DNA of 64,000 nucleotides from Candidatus Hydrogenedentota bacterium (GTDB lineage Bacteria; Hydrogenedentota; Hydrogenedentia; Hydrogenedentales; SLHB01): NCBI GenBank assembly GCA_963745075.1, contig CAVUWV010000008.1, positions 96,001 to 160,000 of the forward strand, read 5' to 3'. Shown piece by piece: positions 19,670 to 29,569 of this stretch (position 1 is its first letter; each line of letters starts with the position of its first letter). The notes under the pieces were generated by a model. It saw only the letters and a program-made list of their open reading frames with translations, ran no database searches and was not told where the DNA came from. The position numbers and the translations under genes were made by a program.

Positions 19670-20064
19670 TCGGATTCCTTCTGAGCGAGGGCTTCCGCAA
19701 TGCGGCCCGCCATGATTTCGGAAATCCGGCGATCAACGCCGAGCGGTTGGGCGACGCGGTACGACACGTCCGGGAACTGCGCGGCGGCTTCCGCAGTCAT
19801 GCGCGGAATGTCGCTCGTGCTGTGGCGTCCCGGCGCGAGGAAGTACGGCATCACGACGACGCGCTTCGCGCCGCGTTCGACGCACCGCGCAAAGGCCTGG
19901 GCCAACGTCGGCTCGGTGATTTCCATATGCGCGACTTCGACAACGGGCACGCCCGTGGCCGCACGGAAGTCCGCGGCCACGTCCACCAACATGGCGTTGG
20001 CGGCCGGGAATTTCGATCCGTGGTCAACCAGAATGACGCCCAAGCCCTCCACGTTTTCGATCAT
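19666..20064 (-). CDS. cbiX: Short CbiX/SirB-type sirohydrochlorin chelatase
   Basis: 'LVDHGS', 'AHMEITEPT', 'PYFLAPGRH..DIP', 'QPLG'. Confidence 0.8.
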   Translation of the reverse strand: MIENVEGLGVILVDHGSKFPAANAMLVDVAADFRAATGVPVVEVAHMEITEPTLAQAFARCVERGAKRVVVMPYFLAPGRHSTSDIPRMTAEAAAQFPDVSYRVAQPLGVDRRISEIMAGRIAEALAQKESE

Positions 20065-20163
20065 GCCTGTCCTTCCAATTACGTGTACCGTCGCGCGCCA
20101 TAGGGCTGCGCCCGGAGCAGAATGCATCATAACATAGCGCCCAAGTCAACCAATGTTGGACGC

Positions 20164-20244
20164 GTCTTCGTGAGCGCCAGCGAAGGATCTCTATAGACGA
20201 TTGCCACGGGGCAAAAGAGATCCTTCGCTGGAGCTCAGGATGAC
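20164..20244. repeat. REP-like inverted repeat, family B (GTCATCCTGAGC...GAAGGATCT)
   Basis: gtcttcgtgagcgccagcgaaggatctct / agagatccttcgctggagctcaggatgac. Confidence 0.75.
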
Positions 20245-20294
20245 GATAGGTGTCTTCTGTCGACGTGTACATTGGTACCATCGACGGAAGAGAG

Positions 20295-21245
20295 CTACAT
20301 GCGCACGCCAAGTGCATGTTCCCGCGCGTGGACGATGCGGGTCAGCAGCGTGTTTGTAGGGCAAGGAATGCCGTGCTCCTTTGCGTAACGGACAATCGCC
20401 CCGTTCAACGCGTCGATTTCCGTTCGGTGGCGGTGCTGGAAGTCGGCCCGCATGCTCGCGTAATGGGCGGCCGTTGGCGGAATCAGCTTCTCGAACAAGA
20501 GGGTGATGTATTCCTCCGCCGTCGCGGGTTCGAGGTCGACGTTCATCGCGTCGCCGACCGCGTAGATCTCGCGCACGATCTCGCGCAGGATCGCCCGTGT
20601 ATGCTCCGTTTCCGCAAGCCCGCCATAGGGGACGTCCAACAGCGCCGACAAGGGGTTGAGTGCGCAGTTGTACGTGACCTTGCTCCAGAGCACGGTGCGG
20701 ATGCGGTCCGTGTAAACCGTCGGCAGGCCGGCCTCATCCATGGCGGCGGCAATTTCCTGAATACGTCCTGCCGGCGTGGATTTGTGGTAGGTGCCGAGCG
20801 CGGTGGGGTTGGCGATGACGGTGACGTCAATCCAGCCGGGCTCTCGCACGACGACGCCATAAATGGCCCGAGCGCCGATAGTCTGTTCCCACCCGATGAC
20901 GGACGCGATGGCTTCCGCGTTGCCGAGACCGTTCTGATACGAGCAAACCAGTGTATCCGGTTCGACGAGGGGCGCGATGTCCTTCGCGGCGGCGAGTGTG
21001 TCGTAAGATTTGACGGTGACGAGAATGAGATCGAAACCACCCGGGTGGAGTCCGCCAAGATGGGTGTGCACGTCCAGATCGGTGACTTGGTGTTCGCCCC
21101 AGATCCCGGTGATGTGCAGGCCGCGTTCGCGAATGGCCGCCATGTGCGGGTCGCGTCCCACCAGCGTGACGGCGTGGCCGTGCCTGGCCATAAACCCGCC
21201 GACGGCGCTTCCCAACGCGCCCGCCCCCACAATCAACAACCGCAT
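20295..21245 (-). CDS. panE: 2-dehydropantoate 2-reductase (ketopantoate reductase)
   Basis: 'IVGAGALGS', 'VTVKSYD', 'QNGLG', 'WSKVTYNCALN', 'SMRADF...TEIDALNG'. Confidence 0.88.
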   Translation of the reverse strand: MRLLIVGAGALGSAVGGFMARHGHAVTLVGRDPHMAAIRERGLHITGIWGEHQVTDLDVHTHLGGLHPGGFDLILVTVKSYDTLAAAKDIAPLVEPDTLVCSYQNGLGNAEAIASVIGWEQTIGARAIYGVVVREPGWIDVTVIANPTALGTYHKSTPAGRIQEIAAAMDEAGLPTVYTDRIRTVLWSKVTYNCALNPLSALLDVPYGGLAETEHTRAILREIVREIYAVGDAMNVDLEPATAEEYITLLFEKLIPPTAAHYASMRADFQHRHRTEIDALNGAIVRYAKEHGIPCPTNTLLTRIVHAREHALGVRM

Positions 21246-21410
21246 GCTACCCCCTCGAAATCGGAATCGAGAAACTACGTCAACGACGCACTCAGTATAG
21301 TGCACCCGCGCGGCAATTCCGAATGGCCGCTTCCGCCGTGTGCGTTCGAGTTATTACCCACCAAGGTCCTGTTTGGATGTTGGGCACGAGTTTAACCATG
21401 GACAAGATTT

Positions 21411-21578
21411 GAAGAACATCCCCCTTGATCCCCCTTCAAAGGGGGAGTTTCGCAACCCCAAGTTTCGGTAACATAGGTCGTTAAGAGAACAACTTGGAGT
21501 TCTCCGGTCTTCCAAAACGCAACACAAAGCGTTGCGTGATCAATTCCCCTTGAAGGGGGATCAAGGGGGATTTTCTTC
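21411..21578 (-). repeat. REPIN/MITE-like element, family A copy 1 (reverse orientation)
   Basis: gaacatcccccttgatcccccttcaaaggggga ... ttccccttgaagggggatcaagggggattttc; internal cgcaacacaaagcgttgcg next to the right arm. Confidence 0.85.
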
Positions 21579-21652
21579 ATTGTTCTCCAAGAGACTTGGA
21601 GAGGGCTGTGCACTTTGTGCAAGGGATCGGCGCAACCGCTGGACTCACGGGG

Positions 21653-22432
21653 TTACCGGAGCGCGAATTCGATTTGGATGGTGGAGATGGTGTTGTTCAA
21701 CACGTGCATGGCAAAGGGGACGTAGAGGGAGCTGGTCCGGGCGCGGGCGATTCCGAGCAGGAGGCCAAGGGTGAACACGGCGGAGACGTCGACGATGCCG
21801 TATTCTCCGAGGTGGGCCACGGCCCAGAGGAGCGCCGTCAAGACAATCGCGCCAGGAACACCGGCCGGGGACGCGGCGATTCCGCGAAACATGAATCCGC
21901 GGAAGAGGACTTCTTCGAAGATGGGCGCGGCGAGGGCAATCGTAAACCAGAGGAGCGGCGCGAATCCGGCGGTTTCAAACCATTTGGTGATTTCACCGGG
22001 AATGGGCGGTTCGCCTAAGGCTGCGCGGATGTAGTCGGTCCCAAAAACGCAGACTACGGTCAAAATTGTCCACCCGATGACGCGTAAGACGCCGACACGC
22101 CGCAGTGCGAGGTAGTCGCGAATGCCGATGTGTTTACGCGCCCAGGCCAGGAGAATTGTCGTGGCGACACAGACGGGGACGGCAACGCAGGTCGAAACGG
22201 CAATAAACAGGCCATTGGAACCCAGGGCCGCGGCGTATGCATGGGGATCGCTGCCTTGATGCCGGACCGCCCACACCGCCACCGCCAGAAATGCCACTGG
22301 AATCTGGACGATGGTGAACACGAAGTAGACGAAGAGGGAGAAGACGAGGGTCAGCCAGAACCCCCAAGGTCGCGGTTCCGGCGTAGCGACCGGCAGTGGC
22401 GACGGGCCGTCCGTGGTCTCCGGTGTATCCAT
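21653..22432 (-). CDS. CPBP family (CAAX/Abi) intramembrane metalloprotease
   Basis: 'APIFEEVLFRG', 'WAVAH', 'HVLNN'; multiple TM helices. Confidence 0.9.
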   Translation of the reverse strand: MDTPETTDGPSPLPVATPEPRPWGFWLTLVFSLFVYFVFTIVQIPVAFLAVAVWAVRHQGSDPHAYAAALGSNGLFIAVSTCVAVPVCVATTILLAWARKHIGIRDYLALRRVGVLRVIGWTILTVVCVFGTDYIRAALGEPPIPGEITKWFETAGFAPLLWFTIALAAPIFEEVLFRGFMFRGIAASPAGVPGAIVLTALLWAVAHLGEYGIVDVSAVFTLGLLLGIARARTSSLYVPFAMHVLNNTISTIQIEFALR

Positions 22433-22446
22433 AATCGGTCCCCGCG

Positions 22447-23229
22447 CTATTTGGGCGGCCAGGCGTAGTTGCCGGTATAGAGGTCGAAGAGGGTGCGGTA
22501 GAACTTCATGAAGCGCTCGGGTTGATCGTTGTAGCCGATTTCGGCAAGGCACCAGCCCGGATAATTCATGGCTTTGAACCGGTTGAACAAATCCTGCCAG
22601 GGGTATTGGTATACGCCGATTTCCGTGATGTGGCAGTGCGTGATCTTGTCCTTGAGCAAATTGAAATTTTCTTCAATGCTCTGGTTTTCGTCCATGTCGC
22701 CGGCGTTGGAATTCCAGCAGACCGTTGCCATGGGGTGATCGGCGTAGTCCATGATCCTCCGGATGATCTTCGGATTCGACGAATCCCGACCGTGGACTTC
22801 CAGCCGCACTTCCACGCCGATGTCCCCCGCGAATTGCGCGACCTGGCGCATGGCCTTGCCGATCTGTTCGCAGGTCTTCTCCACGGGCACCTCGTCCGGC
22901 AGCCCGTTAGGCCGCACCTTGATTCCCGGCGCGCCTACGTCTGCGGCCAGCCGCGCGTACGCGATGGAACCTTCAATGTTTTCCTTGACCACGGCGGGGT
23001 CCGGGCTGTGGAATTCAAAGGCGGACCCGAGACCGGCCAAATCGACCTTGGAATCGTCGAAACGGCGTTTCACGTCCGCCCGTTCCGCCGCCGAGAGGTT
23101 TACCTCGACGCCATGGGCGTGGGTCGTGCGCAATTCGACCCCTTCCAAGCCCGTGTCTTCACAGAATTTAATCAGCGTGGGCAAATCCATGTCCTTGCCC
23201 ATGTTGTAGGTAACCATACCAAGTCTCAT
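22447..23229 (-). CDS. Sugar phosphate isomerase/epimerase (xylose isomerase-like TIM barrel)
   Basis: 'GLEGVELR', 'RLEVHG', 'HCHITE', 'WCLAE'. Confidence 0.8.
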   Translation of the reverse strand: MRLGMVTYNMGKDMDLPTLIKFCEDTGLEGVELRTTHAHGVEVNLSAAERADVKRRFDDSKVDLAGLGSAFEFHSPDPAVVKENIEGSIAYARLAADVGAPGIKVRPNGLPDEVPVEKTCEQIGKAMRQVAQFAGDIGVEVRLEVHGRDSSNPKIIRRIMDYADHPMATVCWNSNAGDMDENQSIEENFNLLKDKITHCHITEIGVYQYPWQDLFNRFKAMNYPGWCLAEIGYNDQPERFMKFYRTLFDLYTGNYAWPPK

Positions 23230-23466
23230 CGTTGAAACGTCCCTTCTGCATTCGCGTTATCCACGCGGCTCCCGGTCAATTCCCCCTATCGTAGCCGATG
23301 CCCGGGGAGATGTCCACGGGGTGAGCGAGGGAGGGGCGCGACAGAGACCGGAAGATGCGTCTCAGGCGTCGATATCCGTCCGTGCCGCTGACCAACTGCG
23401 GCACTGGCGTCCCTAGTCACACTTCGGTTCCGGCATCAGACTATACTGTGAAATCGGGAGACGCCC

Positions 23467-26400
23467 ATGTTTCAACAGCGCTATCGTCACGGACAGGGCC
23501 TCGTACGGCAGGTATTGGCCGGGCAACGCGACGCGTATGGAAAACTGGTCGACCGCTATCTGGCCGCCGCGTTTTCCGTCGCATTCCCCCATACCCGCAA
23601 CCGTCTCGACGCGGAGGACGCGGCGCAGGAGGGATTCTTACGCGCGTTGCAAACCCTTGACCGGCTGCGGGATCCGGAACGATTCGCGCCTTGGCTCCTG
23701 ACGATCGTTCGCAACATTTCCGTGGATATCGTTGCAGCCCGGGAGCGCGAGCGAAAATCCGGGACGAAAGTGGCGTCGGACGATGCAACGTGGATACCGG
23801 ATATGGAAAAGCGCGATATGTGGGCAAAACTGCACGAACAGATCCAACAACTCGACGATCAACATCGCGAGGTGCTGATGCTCTTCTACTTCGCGGGACA
23901 TTCCGCCAAGGAAATCGCCGGTCTACTCAATACGTCGCACGAGGCCGTGCGCAAACGTCTTCAACGTGCGCGCGAAGCGCTCGGTGCGCGGATGCTTGAG
24001 GAAATTGAGCCGAAACAGGCGCTGAGACCTTTGCTCAGAGCGCGCGGTACAAAGATTACCGCAGCAGCCCTTGCCGTGCCAGTGACGTGGCAAGCAACGG
24101 CCAGCGCAACAGCGGGTGGTGCGGGCAGCGCATTCGTCGGAGGCGCCGCGGTCAAATGGCTGGCCGGTGCAGCACTCGTGTGCGCGGGTGTAGCTGGTTA
24201 TTGGGCCACGTCCCGGACAACCGAACTTCCACCTGCAACGCGCTCCGTAACGCCGGGCAGTTCAGTGGTCGTTTCTCAGCCAGAGCCGTCGCGTTCGGCC
24301 CCGAATGCGCGACGCGCGATCGCGAGCCAAAACGCGCAATCCGCGAATGCGAAGATGACCGAACCTAGCCCCGCGCCGCCGGACGGTGGTATCGGCGTTA
24401 TTCGTGGACGCGTGGAAACTGTGAACCACCTTCCAATCCCCGGTGCTCAGGTACTACTCCATCGTGCAACGGTAGATGGACACTGGGTCGTGGACTGGAC
24501 CGAGAAGTTCCGGACCGCGACCTCCGCCGCGGACGGATCCTTCACCTTTGAGGGTCTACCGTTCGAGTCCTACGACGTACTTGCGGCAATGGACCACGCG
24601 CTATCCTGGGAGGAGGTGTCCGTCGATGAACACACTCCGTCGACTGCGATAACGCTCCAGCCTCGTCCCGCAGAGTCACTGCGTGGACGCGTGGTGAACG
24701 GTGACGGGGTCCCGGTAACGGGTGCGATTGTGTACCCCGACAGGCAATTGGAGGGTGGTCCTTCTTCCTGTAATTGGAATCGGAAGGCGGCTCTGGCGGA
24801 ACAAACGGACGAAACCGGCACGTTCACCTTTCCCGCGTTGTGGAGCGGTCATTGGCGCTTTAACATCCGCGCCCAGGACTACGCCACGAAGACGACGGAA
24901 TTCGTGCCGACGGGGGGTGATGAAGCAAGATTCGTGATTGATCGTGGCAGCGCGATTCGCGGTACGGTCGTCCGTACGGACACGGGTAACCCGATTCCCG
25001 GTGTCCGAGTGGATTACTTCGGCGCTCAGGAATGGGATAAGAAGAACGCGACGACAAATGATTCGGGACAATTCGAGTTTACTTGCGTGGAGCCCGGCGA
25101 CCGCTCGGTAGGATTAAACGACGCACGTTGGGCACCGCTTGACGGCTTGACGCGTGTCACGGTTCCGGTCGATCGCCCCGCGGAAGACGTCGTCATTCGC
25201 GCGTCGGAAGGGGCTACTCTGTCGGGGCGCATCTACGATGCCGGCACGCAGCAAGGTGTTCCGGGTGTCAAGGTGTACGTGCAATGCCGGGACATCGATT
25301 ACTATCGGACAAGCGAGCCCAGCGACGCGACCGGCCGGTACACGATTACGGGGCTGTCCGCCGGCGCCTACACGATTAGCCGGAGCCGGTTCATTGAAGG
25401 CTATCCTTTTCCTGAGGAGCCGTTTGAGCCGGAGTTGGATCTCGCCTTCGGCGAACATGTCATCCATGACATTCCCATGTCGCGCGGGATATCCATCACC
25501 GGTCGAATAACCGATCCCAATGGTGCGCCGATTCGGGGAGCGCAATTGAGCACCATTGTTGGCGATGACCGGCATCAGTACGAGTACTCAAAGGCGGATG
25601 GATCGTTTACGCTGATGGGATACCGTTCCGGCGATACCGTAACGATCAACGTCGAGAAAGAGGGTTTCGGGCTGAGCGCCTCAAGTCCAATCACGATCCG
25701 CGACACCGATGTATCCCGCGTCGACATTATGTTGGAGCCGGAGGCTTTTGTCGAAGGTGTTATCGTGGACGGATCCGGTCGCCCTCTCCCACATGCCAAA
25801 GTCCTCGCGCTGGCTGAGACAAAGGGCGTGGCCTTCATACCCACCACGACTTCGGGAACCGACGGACGTTTCGTGTGTGGAAGACTTCGTTCCGGCTCGT
25901 ACAAACTCAGCGTGGAGCCGCGCGGCGCGGAACGGTCGGTTGACACCGATACCACTGTATCAGTCGTGTCTGGGGAGCGGCTTGAAGGTATTCGCGTCGT
26001 TTGCCCGGCACCGGAAGAAAGGGCCGGTTTTCAGATCAGCGGGCGTGTCGTCGATGCCGCGGGCAAACCCGTCGTAGGAGCAACGGTCCGTGGTGAGAAC
26101 TACGCGGCGGGGTCGCGCGAGTCGACGACGACCGATGAGGACGGACGATTCACTCTCAACGGACTCGCCTTCGTACGATACGATTTGCGCGCATATACCG
26201 AAGGCGAGGAGTATCTGGGCGGAAGTGACGGAATACCTGCGGGAACCACGAATGCGGTAATTGTCTCAAGCGCGAATAACGCGCCCCCGGGGACAATTGC
26301 GGGACGAGTTGTCCGCGCTGACACCGGCGAGCCAATCCAGGATTTTGATGTCAACGCCAAGGGTAATGCCGTTCCGGTTCATGATCGGGAAGGGCGGTTC

Positions 26401-27667
26401 CAATTGCACGATCTGCCGGCGGGCGATGCGGCCGTATGGGTTCGTGCAAAGGACTTCTTGATCGGATACGAGAAGGCCGTTGTGGCGCCGGTGGGGCAAC
26501 TCTCAGCGGAAGTCGTCGTTCGACTGCGACCGGCGGCACGCATGGAGGGACTCGTACAAGACGCGTCGGGAACGCCGCTCCAGGGCGCACGCATATTCGT
26601 TGATGGACTTGTCTTCAATAGGGACGACCCGCGCTCTGCGGCTTCCGAAACCCGCGATGACGGGGTATTCGCCGTTGACGGGCTTGACCCGCGGGGTGCG
26701 CTGATCGCCATCGTGCATCCTACCCACGCGCCGCTTGTCGTACGCGTGGCGCCGAGTGAAATGGGGGCTCAACGGCAAACGTTTACCGTGGGCTCGGGTG
26801 GCGAAATCGAAGGGACAGTCCGTTACGACGGTAGGCCTGTCCCCGATAGTATTGTTTGGGTCTATATGGCCGACCTGGGTCCCGGCGCCATGTTCAATGG
26901 TCGCACGGACAAAAACGGCATGTATCGCATTGCCGATGTTCCTCCCGGTGCGGGGGAAGGGGGCGCCCGGCTGGCTTCCGGCTACGAAGGACTAAACACG
27001 GATTCGTTTCACGTGACGCAGTACGTGACCGTACAAGATGGTGAAGTCACATGCATGGATTTTGATTTCTTACCGCAATCGGGTGTCCTGGAGGGAATAG
27101 TATCCCTTGATGGCGTACCCATTGACGCGTCCGTCCGGCTGTATGTCACAACGCCCTCCGGAGAGCAGCAGATGAACACGTTTGCCGATTTATCAGGCGC
27201 CTATCGGTTCGACCGTGTCCCGCCGGGCGATGGAAAGGTCGTTGCGATTGTCCGTTCCGGAGCGGGAGTGGACGGTTCCAAGCGTGCCATGGTCCCCGTT
27301 AAGCTGGTTTCGGGAACCACCACGCAGCAGGACATATCCAGGAAGACCGGTGCATCGGTCGCGGTTTATGTTGCCAATCTGGGTGAGGATGAATCGACGA
27401 ATGTCTTTGCGTATTTCGGTGACGTTCGGGCCTATTGAATCGCGTTCAGACCGGGAAATGGTGGGTAGCGCGCGAGCCGCGATCGCACACCGTGGTGATG
27501 ACGGCGCGTATCACTTCACCGGATTGCAGCCCGGAGTCTATACCATCGTCGCGTATACGAATACCAGCCGCAATCCAAACGTCTGGCTCAACACCCGCGC
27601 AACACACCAAGTCATCGAAGTATCGGAAGACGGGAGAACAGCCACCGTCGAATTGAGACTGCCGTAG
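23467..27667 (+). CDS. ECF sigma-70 factor with TM helix and long C-terminal carboxypeptidase-regulatory-like repeat extension (frameshift near 27430)
   Basis: 'DAEDAAQEGF', 'FAPWLLTIVRN', 'REVLMLFY..SAKEIA...VRKRLQRAR'; TM 'WLAGAALVCAGVAGYW'; repeated 'GRVV...G.P..GA.V' units; last repeat continues in ORF 27182-27667. Confidence 0.85.
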
Positions 27668-27869
27668 GTAACCGCGAATGAGCTCTCACGCTACGTAGTC
27701 CCCACCGGAATATCTCGGGACTTTCACACCGAATCGATCCGAACCATCCAAAAGTGTGCATAAGCCGCGCCATAGGCGGAAACGATTGCTGATTCCACCG
27801 GGCCAGCGGCGCGGGGTTCCGCTGGGGCTTGCGCGTCCCGCCAATGGGTTCCACTTGGTCGAGTCAGGA

Positions 27870-27941
27870 CACCGATTAGCTCAGAGGAAGAGCAGTGCAC
27901 CGCTAATGCACGGGACGCGGGTTCGATACCCGCATCGGCTA
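27870..27941 (+). ncRNA. tRNA-like RNA (anticodon position GCT, non-canonical)
   Basis: U8 A9, D stem GCTC/GAGC, anticodon stem GTGCA/TGCAC with loop CCGCTAA, 5-nt variable loop, T stem GCGGG/CCCGC with loop TTCGATA; acceptor pairs only at positions 3-7. Confidence 0.8.
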
Positions 27942-27980
27942 CCCTTGGAAAGGGTTGTGGGTGACTACCCACTCGATGGA

Positions 27981-28244
27981 ACCGGAGGCGAAGCGCGGGC
28001 GGCGGGTCCGCCGGCTTGTCGCAGATTCGCCGGCGCATGGCGTCGGGCGGACGGTGGCAGGCAGCATCGGCAGCGGTCCTGCAGCGCGCGGATACCACGC
28101 CGTCGGCGTGGCCAGGGCCGGATGAAGGCCCGCGAGGCGTGCCTCGCGGCGCGGACTTCCGGCGAGGCTGCGCAACCGGCCTGGCTCACGTGGCGCTCCA
28201 CCAACGCTGGTGTGGCGGACTTCCGCCCGGCGCTTCGCTACGGT
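27981..28244 (+). ncRNA. Candidate ~265-nt structured RNA or inverted-repeat element
   Basis: 27981-28012 is largely complementary to 28214-28244 and encloses hairpins at 28095-28111, 28115-28131 and 28130-28149. Confidence 0.45.
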
Positions 28245-28324
28245 CAATGGCCACGGTGATGAGTTTTAATCGGACCGATCGGTCGGATCGGTCCGATCAA
28301 GAAAGGAGAACAAGGAGAAGAAGG

Positions 28325-29432
28325 ATGTTTGGAGTACGGCGCGTACAGATTCGGTCCTTTGAAAAGGGCCTGTTGACGAAGCACGGCGAGTTCGTGCGCG
28401 TGCTGGGACCGGGCCGCTACTGGACCGTCGACGCCGTTGTTGCAGCGGCAGATCGACGTGTCTTCGATGCGGACGCCCTGGATCTGCCACGAACAGTTGG
28501 ACGTGATGATCCGGTCCGGCGCGTTGAAGAGCGACGCGGCCGTGCTCGACCTGGAACAGCATCAGCGTGCGCTGGTGTGGATCGACGGGCGGCTCAATGT
28601 GGTGCTCGGACCGGGGCAGTACGCCTTGTGGACCGGCGCGCGCAAGGTCCGCACGGAGGTCGTCGACACGCAATCGGTCCGCTTCCATCACTTGCAACTG
28701 CATGTGGTGTTGAACGCGCCGGGCGCGGAAGCGGTGTTGAACAAGTACACGGTCGAAGAGGGCCACGTGGGCGTCTATTTCAAGGACGGCGACTACGTCG
28801 AAACTTTGAAGCCGGGCACCTACGCCTTCTGGAAGGACGTGGCGAAGGTCGTTGTGCAGGTGCGCGAAATGCGCGAGTCCGTACTGGACGTCACGGGTCA
28901 GGACATCATCACGCAAGATAAGGTGACGCTCCGCGTAAACGCGGTCGTAACCTTTCGCGTGACCGATGCCCTGAAGGCCGTGTCGACCGTCGACGACGCG
29001 CGGCAGGCCTTGTACCGCGAAGCGCAGTTGGCCTTGCGGGCCGAGGTGGGCGCGCGCGACCTCGACGCGTTGCTCGCGGACAAGATGAGCCTCACCGAGG
29101 CCGTCGAAGCGGGCATCCGCGGCCGCGCCGCGGAGTACGGAATCGCTGTGACCGGATTCGGTATCCGCGACATCATCTTGCCGGGCGAGATGCGGGATCT
29201 GATGAACAAGGTCACGGAGGCCAAGAAGGCCGCCGAAGCCAACTTCATCACGCGCCGCGAGGAAACGGCCGCCATGCGCAGCCAGGCCAACACCGCCAAG
29301 ATGTTGGCCGACAACCCGACGCTGATGCGGTTGCGTGAGCTGGAGGTGCTCGAAAAGATCGCCGCCACTTCCAAGCTCAACGTCGTGTTGGGCGAGAAGG
29401 GTCTCGCGGATCGGGTTGTGAATCTGTTGTAG
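28325..29432 (+). CDS. SPFH/band-7 slipin family protein (frameshift near 28433)
   Basis: AAGGAG RBS then MFGVRRVQIRSFEKGLL...LGPGRYW; continues in another frame with 'GQDIITQDKVTLRVN', 'GIRDIILPGEMR', 'RREETAAMRSQANTAK', 'LMRLRELEVLEKIA'. Confidence 0.88.
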
Positions 29433-29456
29433 GCTGGAGACCGGAGGCTGGAGTAG

Positions 29457-29495
29457 AACGGGGCCCACACTGAATCGGTGTGGACCCCGTTTTTT
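29457..29495 (+). terminator. Rho-independent terminator after slipin
   Basis: acgggg-cccacac-loop-gtgtgg-accccgt followed by a T tract. Confidence 0.8.
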
Positions 29496-29569
29496 ATCAG
29501 GTCGCGTTTTGCTTGCCCCCGACCTGGAGATCTCTTAGTGTATTCGCAGAAGCAATTCTGTCCCGACAA

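Noticed and set aside
27870..27941. Functional tRNA-Ser(GCT)
   Set aside because: No long variable arm, C33, A73 and two terminal acceptor mismatches; reported as tRNA-like instead
27870..27941. YrlA-type Y RNA, or tRNA used as an integration site
   Set aside because: Arm order is canonical D-anticodon-T rather than the permuted YrlA layout, no Ro/TROVE gene is in the window, and no integrase or duplicated 3' end was seen
28016..28324. Coding sequence upstream of the slipin ATG (5' part of ORF 28016-28921 and ORF 27756-28259)
   Set aside because: Arg/Gly/Ala-rich low-information translation over strongly palindromic DNA; a strong RBS sits at 28300-28324
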